This document shows, in pieces, positions 27,562-42,965 of a stretch of DNA of 64,000 bases (position 1 is the first letter of the stretch; each line of letters begins with the position of its first letter). The stretch is from the human T2T-CHM13v2.0 reference genome, Homo sapiens, in NCBI RefSeq assembly GCF_009914755.1, contig NC_060926.1; one strand, written 5' to 3'. The notes under the pieces were generated by a model. The model was not told the origin of the DNA, ran no database searches, and saw only the letters and a program-made list of their open reading frames with translations. The position numbers were made by a program, and so were the translations under genes.

Positions 27562-27932
27562 TGATATGGTTTGGTTGTGTTCCTACCCAAATCTCATCTA
27601 GAATTGTAGTTTCTACAATCCCCACCTGTCATAGGAGGGACCCGGTGGGAGGTAATTTAATCATGGGGGTGGTTACCCTCATGCTGTTCTTATGACAGTG
27701 AGTGAGTTCTCATGAGATCTGATGGTTTTATAAGGGGCTTTCCCCACTTCTACTCACTTCTCTTCCTGCCACCATGTGAAGAAGGACATGTTTGCTTTCC
27801 CTTGTGCCATGATTATAAGTTTCCTGAGGCCTCCCCAACCATGCTGAGCTGTGAATCAGTTAAACCTCTTTCTTTATAAATTACCCAATCTCAGGTATGT
27901 CTTTATTAGCATCATGAGAACAGACTAATACA
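27562..27932 (+). mobile_element. THE1C-like solo LTR inserted in a MIR
   Basis: tgatatggtttggttgtg...aagtttcctgaggcctcccca...gaacagactaataca. Confidence 0.92.
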
Positions 27933-29724
27933 GAGAGTTAATATTTAACTTCCCCAGTGCCTCATAGCTGTTTAAAGGTAGAGAGGAAGCTAGAACACCA
28001 TCCTTTCTGCCTTGTACAGTGTCTTGGTTAACAGAGGAAGATATTACCCTTGGACGTGCTGAGAAATTCCCATTACCTGGCTGGTGGTTACTAGAGGCTG
28101 TGTCACCTCATTCACAAGTGGAACCATAAACAGGCTGTTCTTGTTAGACGTTGCATTGGTTTGTAACACTTCAATATTTAATGGGAAAATCAGAGAATAT
28201 AAACTGGATAGTGACTTCATTTTCAAAGCCAGCCCTAAGGCCTGCAGTGCAAGGTTTCTGGCTTAGTTATATTTCATAAACCTCAATCTTTGGACTGGAG
28301 GGAAAATGGCTTTTGGTTCACTTAGTAGACCAGCTGTTGCTGGGCAGCTGGGCTTGGTTTACTTTCTGGTCAGGGGAAAGCACTTGACAGTCTCTGGCCC
28401 AGAATGAGGTCCTGAGTGCAATGATTCAGTCCTTACTAAAGATGACCAAGAGGGCCTGGCCTCCCCACCTCACAGCCACGTGCTTGTATCTTGGTGCCTC
28501 TGAAACAAGAACAGAATCCTACTCCACAATCGTGTGGTTATACTTAGTTACATAGCAGTGTAATTAATGCCACTTAATGTAAAGTGAAAACAGAATTTCT
28601 GCAGCTGCCAACTTCCTCTGGCTCAGCCAGTAATATATGTTGACTTCATTTATAAGCATTATTTTCTTTTTCATCATGCTGATTGCAGAAAGAAAATCAC
28701 TCCAAGAAAGAGAAACAGACATCAAACTTCAGCTGACAACACACCAAATAAAAAATTTAGATTGCAGGTATTGATTTCCATCTAGCATCATGCCAATTGC
28801 TCCATAAAATTGAAGACCTCCTGACATCTTAGTCAATGGTCAATTTGAATGCATCAAGCCCACAACCTCTGGCGGATCCCAGGTCAGGATCTTAGCTGGT
28901 GTCACATTTCCTGTTTCTTCAATTCATTCATTCCCTACCATCACCTCTGGATTATCTGCTAAATGTATGAAAAAAGCATCATACAAATAGACTTTTAGTT
29001 TCTAGTTATTTAGTCATTGCTGTAATTTCATTAGCAAGGGCCTGGCTGCCCCTGTAGGCATTTTCGTACATTCCATCTACTATGCTTGGTTGTGGGATCC
29101 ATGAGTCAGAAGACATGGATGGAGCATGCTCTGTTGGGCCATAGTGGAAGGCACCGCTGTCTACAGAAATCTTTAGAGTAAAAGCAAAGACATTTAATGC
29201 TTGGAAAATAAGGGTTTTCTTAAATGTTCCTTAATAATAATGGAGAAGATATGAATTTTTATGCAAGGTTATGATAAGGGTGAATTTGATTTTTCTTCTC
29301 AGCCAAGCTTCTAACTAGTGTGTATGGGTTGGTACTGGAGAGGCGACAGGGAGAGGATTGTAAATCTGTAACAGTGCGCATGTTAATTGAAGTCAATACT
29401 GTCTCAGAAAATAGATGAAATCTGATGAGACATCTTGTTTAACTATGAAACACCCCTGCCAGTTAAAATTCCAGGTCCCACTCTAGCTCTTTTGAACAAT
29501 TCTTAATATGTCAATTGCCCAGAAGCAACTTGCTTTCTGCAGTGATGACACAGACTTAGGGAAGATGGAAAAAAAAAATCACCGTGAATCATATCTAACT
29601 CCACCTTTCAGCATCTTTGCACTATTCTTTGTTCCCTTTGAAGCTAGTGGGTGCTTCCACAGCAGAGCAAGTACATCAGGGTGGGAGGGTGGATTGGAAA
29701 TCAGGCCATCCCTGGAAACGAAAC

Positions 29725-30030
29725 AGTACCACTAATTAAATTAAGCCCTTTGTCAATGCACATTTTCCAAAAGTACTGGAAATCTCTGAACAGTGTAATT
29801 AGAGAATTTTGCTCTCCAACAATTGAATTTCCCACATGTTGCTTTAACTTTCAAGACATATGAAAATGCTAATGTCTATTGTTATAGAGAGAATGCTGGG
29901 AAAATGCCAAAGCAGCCTGCAGAAAACAGCAACAAAAAATGGCCTCCGCCCTCTCCCCCAGCCCTCTGCACCCTAATTAGAGCGTCATTAGAGTTGTACA
30001 GTTTACAGCGTTGGTAATCAATTACATTAT
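29725..30030. promoter_or_regulatory. Candidate developmental enhancer (homeodomain/SOX/YY1 motif cluster)
   Basis: TAATTAAATTA 29733, CCTTTGT 29747, AAAATGGC 29936, CTAATTAG 29973, TAATCAATTA 30015 in non-repeat DNA; motif evidence only. Confidence 0.3.
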
Positions 30031-30660
30031 ATCCTTCATCCTCTGGGGCCCCCACACCCCGGCAGGGCAGAGCCAAAGCAGACTTCTAGAGCAGCTGAGA
30101 TTCACACAGGGTGAGGCACAGATGTCCTTGCTAGCTATGGCCACATCAAAGGAGGATTTTCCTTGTCCTCTTAAATGGGTGCTGTATGATAGGATTCAAT
30201 TCCACTCATGCAAAATCTAAAACAATATCCTGCTCTAGGCAAAACAGACACATTTCCTCTGCACACTCTCTCATCCTCTCGTATATCATTCGTCCTTTCT
30301 TTCCCCACTGTCCCTCCAGCTTTGTTTTGTTGGATTTTGTCTCATCCATATATTACTTCTCCAAAAACTTTCTCTCTGTGCTTCCTCCCTGGCCTTCTCT
30401 ACCCCAACAAAACATGTTTTTTCTTCTGTTTACTTGGTTTTTCTCTTTCAACTCATCTGATTAACTGACCTAAGCTAAAGTATTAATGGCTGAAAGTGAC
30501 TTAAAGTGGTAATTCAGCCAGATAACATACGTGTAAGTTAGTGAAAATTTTATCATTTTAGATACTAGCATAATCTCTCTTCTAGGATAAGGAACTGTCA
30601 TTGTTTGGGGGAAATAACTTTTTTAGCCATTTGGGATAGAAAGTGAGACTCAGAGGATAA

Positions 30661-30984
<324 letters not shown>

Positions 30985-31363
30985 AAATCACATGGTTTTT
31001 AACAGATCCTTTAAGTGCTTTTCATGGGAGACTAAAAGAAATGTGCTTTGTTCCTGAGAGGATAGGGAGAGAAGACAATAGATGGATAGAAAGGTACAAT
31101 GGGGGGAAGAAGGAATGGCATGAACTTGAGCTCTTTGTGAGATAAACAACTAGTGAACTTTCCACATGGGAATGGGCAAAGCAGATTTTAAGAATGAGAA
31201 TGTCTAGTATTTAAAATTGTGCTCATTGTTGCAATGCAAACTGTATTTTCCAACTCCTAAGCTTTCCTTTATATCTACTAGATGCACAAGTGCTTTTTGT
31301 GAGCGGATTTTTGTGTGCATTTGTAGCATTTTATATACTACAAGAACAGTAAGATTACAAGAG

Positions 31364-31550
31364 CAGAGGCTTTCTCTAGAGTGGGGGTGTATGACTTGGA
31401 GGCTGTGGATCACTAAGAGGCCTAGTGATAAACTTATGGACATGAGACACCCTGAAATTGTGCACAAACATTGTGTATATGAACAAAAATGCTCTAATTT
31501 CCCTCTTACTCTCAAAGGGGTAATCACTTCTCAAAAATTAGGAACTCTGC
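31364..31550. mobile_element. MER103C-like hAT-Charlie relic
   Basis: ccctgaaattgtg...tgtgtatatg...ctcaaaggggt...aaaaattaggaactctg. Confidence 0.45.
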
Positions 31551-32104
31551 TTCTAGAGCTCTTGAGGGCGTGGAAGTATAGACAATCAGCACTGAGAACA
31601 GTGAGATTCCTCCATCTAGGTGTAGACCTCAGGCCTTTTCTCTTCTGAGATTATTCTTTTTTCTTAAATGACTCTAGATCCGTGGCTCCTTGTGTGATCT
31701 AGGCACTTACTCCCATGATCCAGAGCCTACAGCCAATGCCCTCCTTTGAAACACCACTTGAATGTGTCAACTCAGCTGGCACCAAGAGGAAACTTTGGAT
31801 CTTTCCCTCACACCCAATCCTTTTCAGGATCGCAGTGTTCTTAGCTGTGCATAGTAAACAAAGGAATCATCCTTGATGTTTCACTCTCCACTATCATTCT
31901 TCCCCATATCCATTTCTTTACCAGATTTTATTACGTTTTCACTTCCTAAATGTCTTCTGAATCTGCTCACTCTCCCCATGTCTCTCTCCATCATTCTAGA
32001 CCCAGCTACTGCTGTCTTTGGTTTACTACTATATAGCCACTTACTTAGGTTACCATGACCACCACTGGCCCCTCTTTGGATCATTCTTCATGTTACTTTC
32101 AGAC

Positions 32105-32477
32105 TGTCACAGGTTGGGTTTCCCGGGAAGCAGACTTGAGATGGAGATTAGCAAGCAAGAAGTTGATGAGGGAGTGTTTCTTGTGAAAGGAAGGGAAGTA
32201 AGCTTGGGCAGAGGGAGAAGCTGAGCAGCAATAAAGTCTCAACTGCAGCTTCATCCAACACTGTGAGGGTTTCTGAAGGTGGGGTGACCTTTCAGAGCTG
32301 TCTCAAGGTGGAAAGTGCAGGGTAGGCCTTTCCACTCCTGCACTGATTGATTAAGATAGGACTCTGGAAAGGAGCGCAATCTTGGGCCTGGTGGCTCTGC
32401 AGTTTAGGCAATTCCTAAAGGTAGTTTACAGGTAAGGCTTTCTTCTGGCAGAACTCCCAGCAGCTGGCATAATGGGG
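32105..32477. mobile_element. Old ERVL-class LTR (LTR40-like, uncertain)
   Basis: tgtcacaggttgggtttcccgggaagcagacttgagatggagattagc...gggcagagggagaagctgagc. Confidence 0.55.
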
Positions 32478-32789
32478 TTTTCTTTTTCTTTTCTTTTTTT
32501 CTTTTAGAGACATGGTCTCACTCTGTTGCCCAGGCTGGAGTGCAGTGGTGCAAACATAGCTCACTGTAGCCTTGAACTCCTAGGCTCAAGCAATCCTCTT
32601 GCCTCAGCCTCCCAAATAGCTGGGACTATAGGCATGCATTACCATGCCCAGCTAATTTTTAAAATTTTTTTGTAGCAGTGGAGTCTTGCTGTGCTGATCA
32701 GGCTGGTCTCGAACTCCTGGTCTCAAGCAATCCTCCCAACTCAGTGTCCCAAAGTGCTGGATTACAGGTGTGAACCACTGTGCCTGGCC
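32478..32789 (-). mobile_element. AluJ
   Basis: catagctcactgtagccttgaactcctaggctcaagcaatcctc (J features); full dimer. Confidence 0.93.
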
Positions 32790-35117
32790 ATATTTTTGAT
32801 TTCTGAAACAATCTGGTGGCACAGTAACCTTTTCAATTCTGATTGTGTCATCCCTTTGTTTAAAACTCCTCAATGACCTTCCTGTGGCTCTTAGGAGAAG
32901 CCAGAACATAATCCTACAAACTGTGCATGGTCTGACCCCTACTTGACCTTTCCAACTTCACCTCTAGTCTACTCACCTTTGCTCTCTGGACTCAGCCACA
33001 TTGGGTGTTTACAGTCTTTCATATTTATCTTGCTTCTTCCTACCACCAGGTCTTCGCATGTGCTATTTCCTCTTTTACAATGGTTCCCCCTACCTCCACT
33101 TCACCTAGTAGAGCCTTTAGATCTCACCTCAACACTTCTTCCTAACCTCCGTGACTGGGTCACTCCCTCATTATAGACTCTCACAGCACATGTTTCTTTG
33201 TGCAGCAGCACATGTGTTGGCTGTAAGTTTTGTATTTGTTTATGTGGTTATTTCCTAGTAATCCACATGCCCCTCTAGAGGACAGAGGAGTGTCTATTTT
33301 ACCCACCATTGATTTCCTAGGACCTTTTACAGCTCCTGATCCATAGTGAGGGCTCAGAGAATATTGGTTGAGTGGAAAGTGAATGAATGCCCTTATTTTA
33401 TGGCTCAGGTCACCAAAGATTGAAGAGATTGCATGGAGTTGTCTAGGGTCAAACAGCTGCTTACTGTCAGGGAAGGATATTTCAAGTCATAGTGTATTTG
33501 CATGTTATTTGGAGATTTTTCTGGCCTATTCATAGTTAAGTTTACAGCTAAAATTTGACTGCTGCTTCTGCCTTTTGACCCCCTCTTGAACTGGACCATT
33601 GATTTTTCTTTCCTAGTACTTACCCACCTTGATTGTTATCTTCACTCAAATAGTCACCAATTTAAATTTCAAAGAAAAACTTCGAAGGGATTGGTGGTTT
33701 AAATACAACCAGACGAGACTTTAAAAAAATTCTACATGACACTAAATACTCAGTTTGACCAATTCTTTTGCTTTTCATCCAGTTGCTTTAAAATGATAGA
33801 GCAGCAGTCTTTATTTCAGCCAGATGCCCCGCCCCCTGCTCCATCCACACTGCATGGAAAAGAGAGTGAGAGAAACAAGGAGAAGGAGGTTGGACCACAG
33901 GTATATTTCTGGGCTCAAGTTTAGAGAACAATGATTTGGAATCTAGGGCATAATTCACCAATCAGGCTACACATGTAAATGAGAACATCATGACTTGTTC
34001 AAAGGAGTTCCGTAAATAATATTACTCATCTCCTAGAAGCAAGCCATATTTTTACTGGACTTTTTACTTCAGCCTTGCATTGCTAATGAGAATATATATT
34101 TTTAAAACTCTGTTATTTATTTCCCTTCTGCTTAATATTTCAATCAAACATACATTTACTGTATTAATCACAGGACATGATAGTTTTAAAACCTCAGAAA
34201 TCATTTTAATTGAATACCTCATGTCTGTTTAATCTAAAGTTAATAAAACCTTTTTTTTTTTACATCATTGTATCCAATTTTAATTTCTTGCTGTAGGACA
34301 TTCACCTCTCCCCTCTCTGAATTATTTTTAAAGTCAGGCTTCTAAAAAAATTCCTATTTTATTTTGAAATCAAAGTTAGATTTTTATGTTAATATGCTAA
34401 CTTATTATTTACTAAAATCAGTGCAATAACCAATAAAGTGGAGAATTGTGTCTCAATGATAAAAATGTGTAACATATTTACTCAAAGTACATTGTGAAAT
34501 AAGAAAATCTCTCAGCGATATCAGTCATCTTCAGATATGAACAGAATTGGGTGAAGAGGAAATTTCTGTTATATAACATTTAAGTATCTATGCATTGGTG
34601 GGAGTTCTAGATGGGAGACATAGGGGGTTGCACATGGCACCAAGTGGCATTTCTTAAATTACTTTGACTGGAAATTGCACGGGCACAACAATTACGGATT
34701 TGGATATTGAAGCCATAGAATTCATTGTTCCACAAATCTGCAGTGTTTCCAGTTTTTCCCATTTACTTCAGAGTTGCATGTTGTTCTTTATCTACATATA
34801 ATAGGTAAAGAATGATACTTCAGCTCTTCCTTTGATTAGAATTATCTGGCCCCATGTTCCTGTTGTAAAATGAAGAGAAATCTGAGTTGAGAAAATTTGT
34901 CTCAGAAACATTTGGAACCTATTCCTTTAGGGTTTCATTTATTGGGGACCAATTAGCTGGGCAAGTATTGACTCTTTTTATATTTTGTATCCAGTGTCGT
35001 CTAGCAGAGGGCTTCACTATGGCTCTTCTTACATGAACACATGCTTTGCCTGACCAATCCTGTGCAAGGTCAACAAACCCATTGCTGTTGGAAAGTAATA
35101 GTCAAATATCATATAGC

Positions 35118-35245
35118 TAGGGTGACCATAGAATTCTTCTGCCAAACTAGGAAATATTTTAATATGAAAGGGGAAGCACTATTGAGTCAGGGCAACAGGT
35201 GCAAATCTCAAGCATCCATGGAAAAACAGTACATATGGTTACTCT
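35118..35245. mobile_element. MER94/MER81-like hAT-Blackjack MITE
   Basis: TIRs tagggtgaccata ... tatggttactct. Confidence 0.65.
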
Positions 35246-35297
35246 GTAGTATATCTGGAGCACCAACCTCTTTCTCCTCCAGAATAACTTAGTTTCT

Positions 35298-37027
<1,730 letters not shown>

Positions 37028-38754
37028 TTACTTTCTATGAAACTTCCTTGCAAAAAGTTTAATTCATGTTTTGTGCCTCATAAACACAGCCTGATGCAGG
37101 ATTCTTAAAATCATTTGAATCTATCACGTCATAGATCTGCTACAGGGGGAAATTCTCAAACTCCAAGAAATGACCTGATCTATATTAGACACTGAGTCCA
37201 CGTTAAAGTCCCTCTGGCATAGTTCTTTTTCATGTTTTTATAATCCCGAGATCCCCAGCCCCAGGCCATAATGACAAAGGGTAATCAACTTTCTGCATGA
37301 CTACAGAGCTCATTCAAGAACTAGATCAGTATTTAATTAGTCACAATCCTATCCTTGCCCATTCTAGGTTGTTTTCTGTTTTCCTGAGCCTGGGGTACCA
37401 TCTCCAAGGATGCAAGGGTCCCAAGGAAGGATATCATAGAAAACTGCCAGATTTTTAATATTCTGACCCTTACTCCCTAAGAGAGTAACTATAAGCCCAT
37501 TTAAGGAAGAATACAGCCAGTGGAGTTTGGGCATTACTCACCACATTGTAGACCATTCTGTTTTTGAAGAGACAGATTGAAGACAAACAGACCTGCTCAT
37601 TGCTGCCTTTCCTGGAGTTACACAATCTTGGTATCATACCCAGGGGTCAAATAAGAGAGTCTTGATTTTTTTTTCTGAGGGAAATATTGTTTAGAAATTT
37701 CTCTTCCTGAGAGAATTTTTTGTTTCGAAGTGACCAGAAAGGATGAGTTATTGAACAACTCTTGTGTCATGATCCAATGAGCAAAGAAAAAGCAGTGCTC
37801 CAATTACCTATGAACATTCACGAAGACAAGTGCAATCAGTTGCAGATGATTAACCTGTTCATAATCCAGATATAAGAAACAAATCTTATCATTCTGGAGC
37901 CCTGGGGCAAAGGAATTACATTTTCCAAACTAAGCTATGAATAAAAAAGATGATTAGAGAGGAAACATCTTGGCCAGTATTTTACATGATTCTTAACTCA
38001 AGGAAACACAACCCTCAAAAGGCTTTCTTCTTGTGATGCAGATTTATTCCGAGAGGAATAACAGAACCTTTGCAATATTGAACATTAGGTAATTAATTTG
38101 CTATGTCCCTACACTACTTTTGAGCAATGAGTGCCAGGCGTGAGCTTAATGGTGTTACATAGGAGGTGATATGGTGCAATGCAATGGGTGACCTTTTTCA
38201 GCTGGTACTTCAAGCAGCAAAAAATTCATTGCATGAAAAAAGACTTAAAATGCTCCTCTCAGTATCACATAGCAAAGAGGACACTGAATGAGGTAGAAAG
38301 AAGACAGATTTAAAAAGCGTTTGAGAAATAAAGTATTTTGCTGCCATTTTTATTAACACATAGTCAAGCTGTCACTAATCATTTGCAGAATGCATTGGAG
38401 GGAAAGGGAATTTTTCATAGGTGTAAATTGGTAAAGTTTTTGTTCCTCGAAAGTGGCAAGTGTAGATAGACCATTATTTTTTCTGTGATTAATAAGAGAC
38501 TTGTAGTTAAAATCAGCCATCTCAATGCAGAAGGCTTGAAACTGTAAGATCTGGACATGGAGAGGGGGCTAGAAGATAATTCCATTAATCATATTCTTTA
38601 AAAGTTACCACTAGTTCCTTAATGAATAGGAAGTAGAGACTAGATTCAGGATTCTTTTTAGTACATTCAATGTAAATATTAACATCATTGTAAATATATA
38701 TCATCAATATAATATTATCATCATTGGATATTATTTAATTATTCTCAGATAACT

Positions 38755-39635
38755 TTATTTTATTTTTAAGACATGATTTTTTAGAGCACTAGAGCACTTT
38801 TAGGTTTACAGCAAAATCAAGATGAAGTTACAGAGATTTCCTATATACCCCCTGCCCTCCCGTGCATAACATTTCCCATTATCCACATCCCCACCAAAGT
38901 GGTGCATTTGTTAGAATTGATAAACTTACACTGACACATCACAATCACCCAAAGTCTATAGTTTACTTTAGGGTTCACTCTGGTGTTGTATAGTCTTTGG
39001 GTTTGGAAAAAATGTATAATGGCCATCAGTATACTATCATACAGAGTATTTTTACTGCCTAAAAAATTCTCTGAGGTCCACCTATTTTTCTCTTCCCCAT
39101 CCCTAACCCCTGGTAGTCGTTGATCTTTTTACTGTCTCTATAATTTCACCTTTTCCAAAATGTTATATAGTTGGAATCGTACAGTATGTGGCCTTTTCAG
39201 ATTGGCTTCTTTCACTTTGTAATATGCATTCAAGGCTCCTCCATGTTTTTTCATGACTTGAAATGTAAAGTTTTCATTAGTAAATCCATTGTCTGGATGT
39301 ACTAGTTTATCCCATTCACTTACTGAAGGACATCTTGGTTGTTCTCAAGTTTTTGAAATTATACATAAAACTGCTATAATCATCTGTGTGCAGGTTTTTG
39401 TGTGAACGTTTTCTACTTCTTTGGGTAAATACCAAGGAATTTGATTATTGGATCATATGGTAAAGATGTATTTCGTTTTGTGAAAGAAACTACTGAACTT
39501 TCTCCCAAAGTGGCTGTACCATTTTTCATTTCTACCAGCAATGAATGAGAACTCCTGTTGCTCCACATTCTGGCCAGCATTTGGTGTTGTCAATGTTCTA
39601 GGTTTTGGCCATTCTGATAAGTGTGTACTGGTAGA
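38755..39635 (-). mobile_element. L1MC1-type 3' end
   Basis: ttttaggtttacagcaaaat...acagagatttcctatatacccc...caaagtctatagtttactttagggttcactct. Confidence 0.85.
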
Positions 39636-39676
39636 TGATTTTATTTTTATCTTCACTGAGTTCTATATTAAATTAT

Positions 39677-40060
39677 TGCCTTAGTCTATTTTCTGCTTCT
39701 ATAACAGATTGCCTGAGTCTGAGTAATTTATAATGAACAGAAGTTTATTTGGTTCATGGTTCTGGAGACTGAGAAATCCAAGAGCATGGCACTGGCATCT
39801 GGGGAGTACCTTCATGCTGAGCCATCCTATGGAAGAAGGTGGAAGGGCAAGCAAGCATACCAGACAGAGGGAGTTGGCCAAACTCACCTGGGAAACCACC
39901 CCCACAATAACCAACCCACTTTCACAATAATGTCATTAATACATTTGTGAGGATGGGACCTCATGGTCTAACTGTCTCTTAATGGTCCCATCTCTTAATA
40001 CCATCACAACGGCAATTAGATTTCAACGTGAATTTATGAGAGGACGTTCAAACCATAGCA
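39677..40060 (-). mobile_element. MST (MSTC-like) solo LTR, MaLR
   Basis: tgccttagtctattttctgcttctataacag...ttcaaaccatagca; TSD attat/actat. Confidence 0.8.
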
Positions 40061-40989
40061 ACTATCAATCTAGATATTTCTGTTTTTCTGCAGATACCAG
40101 AAATGGAGAAATCCTATCTGGTTTTGTGCCCAGAATATGCATAACTGGGTAGATAGTAGTGCTTAGAAAATTGAGTCTATGTATACATTACAAAGGCATC
40201 AAGTCCCTGAAATGTAAGGTAGTATCTTATATCCTTCTGCATTCCCATCTACACTCTCCATCCCACAGGCACAGAATTATAACGTGTGTGCTTACAGACA
40301 CACAGAAATATAATTCAAATATGTTTGATCCAGGATAGCCATTGAGAAGTTTCTTTACTCTCCCCCAGCTTCCACCACAAACACACACCACACACACACA
40401 CACTTTATGCTAGCAGGGATTCTAAAAAGACTTGGTAATATTTACATTAATATAGAGTTTAATTCTTTTCAAATCCTTCACATATTTTGTGCTAACCTCA
40501 ACCCTCTGAGGTCCAAAAAAGCATTGCAATCCCTGTAGAGTAGAAAAGTAAGGCCTGTGGTGGCATATTGCCTTGTCCAACATTTCATGTCAAAGTAATG
40601 GCAGAATCAACACAAGAATTCAGGTCTCTTCACTCTCAGACTTCTCTGTGTATCACACTGCTTATCCTGGTGCAATGGCCAGGTTTCTCTTTTGTTCCTG
40701 CTGCTGGAAGAAAGAGGTATGCAAAGCTATCATTAGCAATATGGAAAGCAAAGGAACTGATTGGCAAATACTGGTAGCCACATTAGATGAGCTTATGAAG
40801 ATAAGACCTTCTGAATCACATAACACGTTGCTTAGTGAGATTGTAAAACATTTCAAAAAAACAAAAGAAAAAAATATTGGCACAGAAAATTATTCAGAGA
40901 ATTGGTAAAGGGCAATTTAAGATAGACATCAACAGCGAGTGGTGACAATGAGGTGGGGTATAGCAGGGCAGAGCAGAGAAGACTGGAAT

Positions 40990-41250
40990 GGGCTTGAGAA
41001 AACCTGGATTGTATTTGTAACTACATCACTTACTGTCTTCGAGATCTTGAGCAAGGTATTTAGCAAGGTATTTAATCTCTGCATGCATCAGTTTCCTTGT
41101 ATGTTAACCTGCTTGTCCTCATCACAAGGTTCTGTCAGAATGAAATGATAAAATCAACATAACTTTTACAATTCTGAAGTGCTGGACAAAGGTAAGAAAT
41201 AATACAGCAGTACACATAGTAGGTACTTAGCAAACATTTATTGAACTAAA
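40990..41250. mobile_element. MIR plus L2 tail
   Basis: cacttactgtc...atcttgagcaagg...cagtttcc...ctcatcacaaggttctgtcagaatgaaatga; cacatagtaggtacttagcaaacatttattgaa. Confidence 0.6.
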
Positions 41251-42484
41251 AATTCTATTTCAACTGGAATTGAACACCGCAATGCATGGTGATTTCTAAG
41301 ATTATATGCCAATAATTATTGCTTTAATGGAAGTGGCTAAGTGAATTAACCTACTGCCAGAATTATGGATCCAATGACATTGTGGAAAATTGTTATTATT
41401 CCTCTGCCTGAGATATCTGGGTATGTACTGCAGTAACAAACATGCAAATTCTGGCCAACAGCCTGGGTGTTTTTGCTACTTGATAAAACTGGAATGCTTG
41501 AATACGGTTTTTCCATTTGAAAGACACATTACAAAAATCCACCAAGACAAGTTAAGTAAGTGTCTCTGGCAGAGGAATTAAACAAATGTAGAGAGTGAGA
41601 AACATCAGTGCAATGCTAGCTATTTCAGTGCTCTATTATCACCCATGGAGATTCTTAATGTAGTACGAAAATTCCATGATTATAAATTCCAAATAAATGG
41701 CTTGCCTAATAGGCTATCAGTGTCCATATTGTTAAGAACAGATTAATCTGAATTTTGAAAACTTACTAACCAGTCATCACAAAACTTCAGGTACTATGTG
41801 TTATATACATATATATTAATAAGAAGCAACCACTATAGGAAAGAATAGTATTGCTCTTTGTGTAATCTTATAATTTCACCAACAATGAAGTCTGTGCCAG
41901 AGAACATCTTGTCTGTAAGTGTCTTCCTGTGGGTGCCAAATTGCTTTAACTTTAACCTCTGTGCTTTAACTTTAATCTCTCTGTAGAAAAGAACCACCAG
42001 TTCTTTCCTACTTTACTCTATTGCTTTGTCAAGAAAAAAACAGGTGTCACCTATAATTTCTGCCCACTTAGATAATCTTTAGGGTCTTCTTGAAAACTTT
42101 CTTGGGAGCAACATCCACTAAACATCTTTGCTCATAAAAAGTATCAAACACTTTAATGTACAAGTTGACCCCTGGCCTGAGGTATGTCTATGTTTGAGAG
42201 ATTGTTTCGTTTCTCCAAGGGCATGGCTGTTTGTTTGTTGGTTTGTTTAGTAATCTCGAAGTGCATTTTCATCATCTAGCATGAGTTAGGTTGTTGCAGC
42301 CTCTCTGGAGCAGTTTAGAGGCTTTCTGATGAACGGATCCTGGGTAACTGGACTCAGTCACCTAGGCTGCATCCACAGGCCTTCCTTCCTCTATCTAAGA
42401 CATCGGAGATTACTTCATTCTGAGCAGTGGCTTTCAAATGTCAATCTGCACAACAAAATTAGAGAATAAAAGCAAAGTTGTAAT

Positions 42485-42950
42485 TGTTTTATTGGGGCAA
42501 AATATACATAACATGAAATGTATCGTTAAGTATACAGTTCAGTGGCACTAAGTGTATTGACACTGTTGCGTGACCATCACTACCATCCTTCTCCAGAACT
42601 CTTTCATCATCCCATACGGAAACTGTGCCCATTAAATGCTCCCTCCTCATTCCTCATCCCCTCCATCCCTGGCAACCACTATTCTATTTTCTCTATGAGT
42701 TTAACTACTCCAGGACACTCACGTAAGTGGAATCATTTAATATTTGGACTTTCATGACTGACTTATTTCACTTAGCATAAAAATGTCCTGAAGTTTCATC
42801 CATGTTATATAGCATGTCACAGAATTTCCTTCCTTTTTAAGAATGAATAGTAGTGCATTTTATGTATATACCACATTTGGCCTATCCGTTCATCTTAATG
42901 GGCTGTTTCCATCTTTGAGGTGTTGTGAATAAGCTGCTATGGATAAGGTT
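42485..42950 (-). mobile_element. L1MB-type 3' end
   Basis: aagtatacagttcagtggcactaag...ctccagaactctttcatc...ccctggcaaccactattct...gacttatttcacttagcataa. Confidence 0.8.
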
Positions 42951-42965
42951 GTGGCAACATGGTAA

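Larger units (their letters stand above)
31600..33395. mobile_element. Fragmented L2 interrupted by an LTR and an AluJ
   Basis: ggaatcatccttga...; aaaactcctcaatgaccttcctgtggctcttagg...; 3' end gctcagagaatattggttgagtggaaagtgaatgaatg. Confidence 0.6.

Noticed and set aside
31217-31648. 143-aa ORF
   Set aside because: Non-ATG start, overlaps a hAT relic and L2, no domain recognised.
37542-37557. 16-nt minus-strand micro-exon candidate (cag/AATGGTCTACAATGTG/gtgagt)
   Set aside because: Not frame-preserving and no supporting neighbouring exons.
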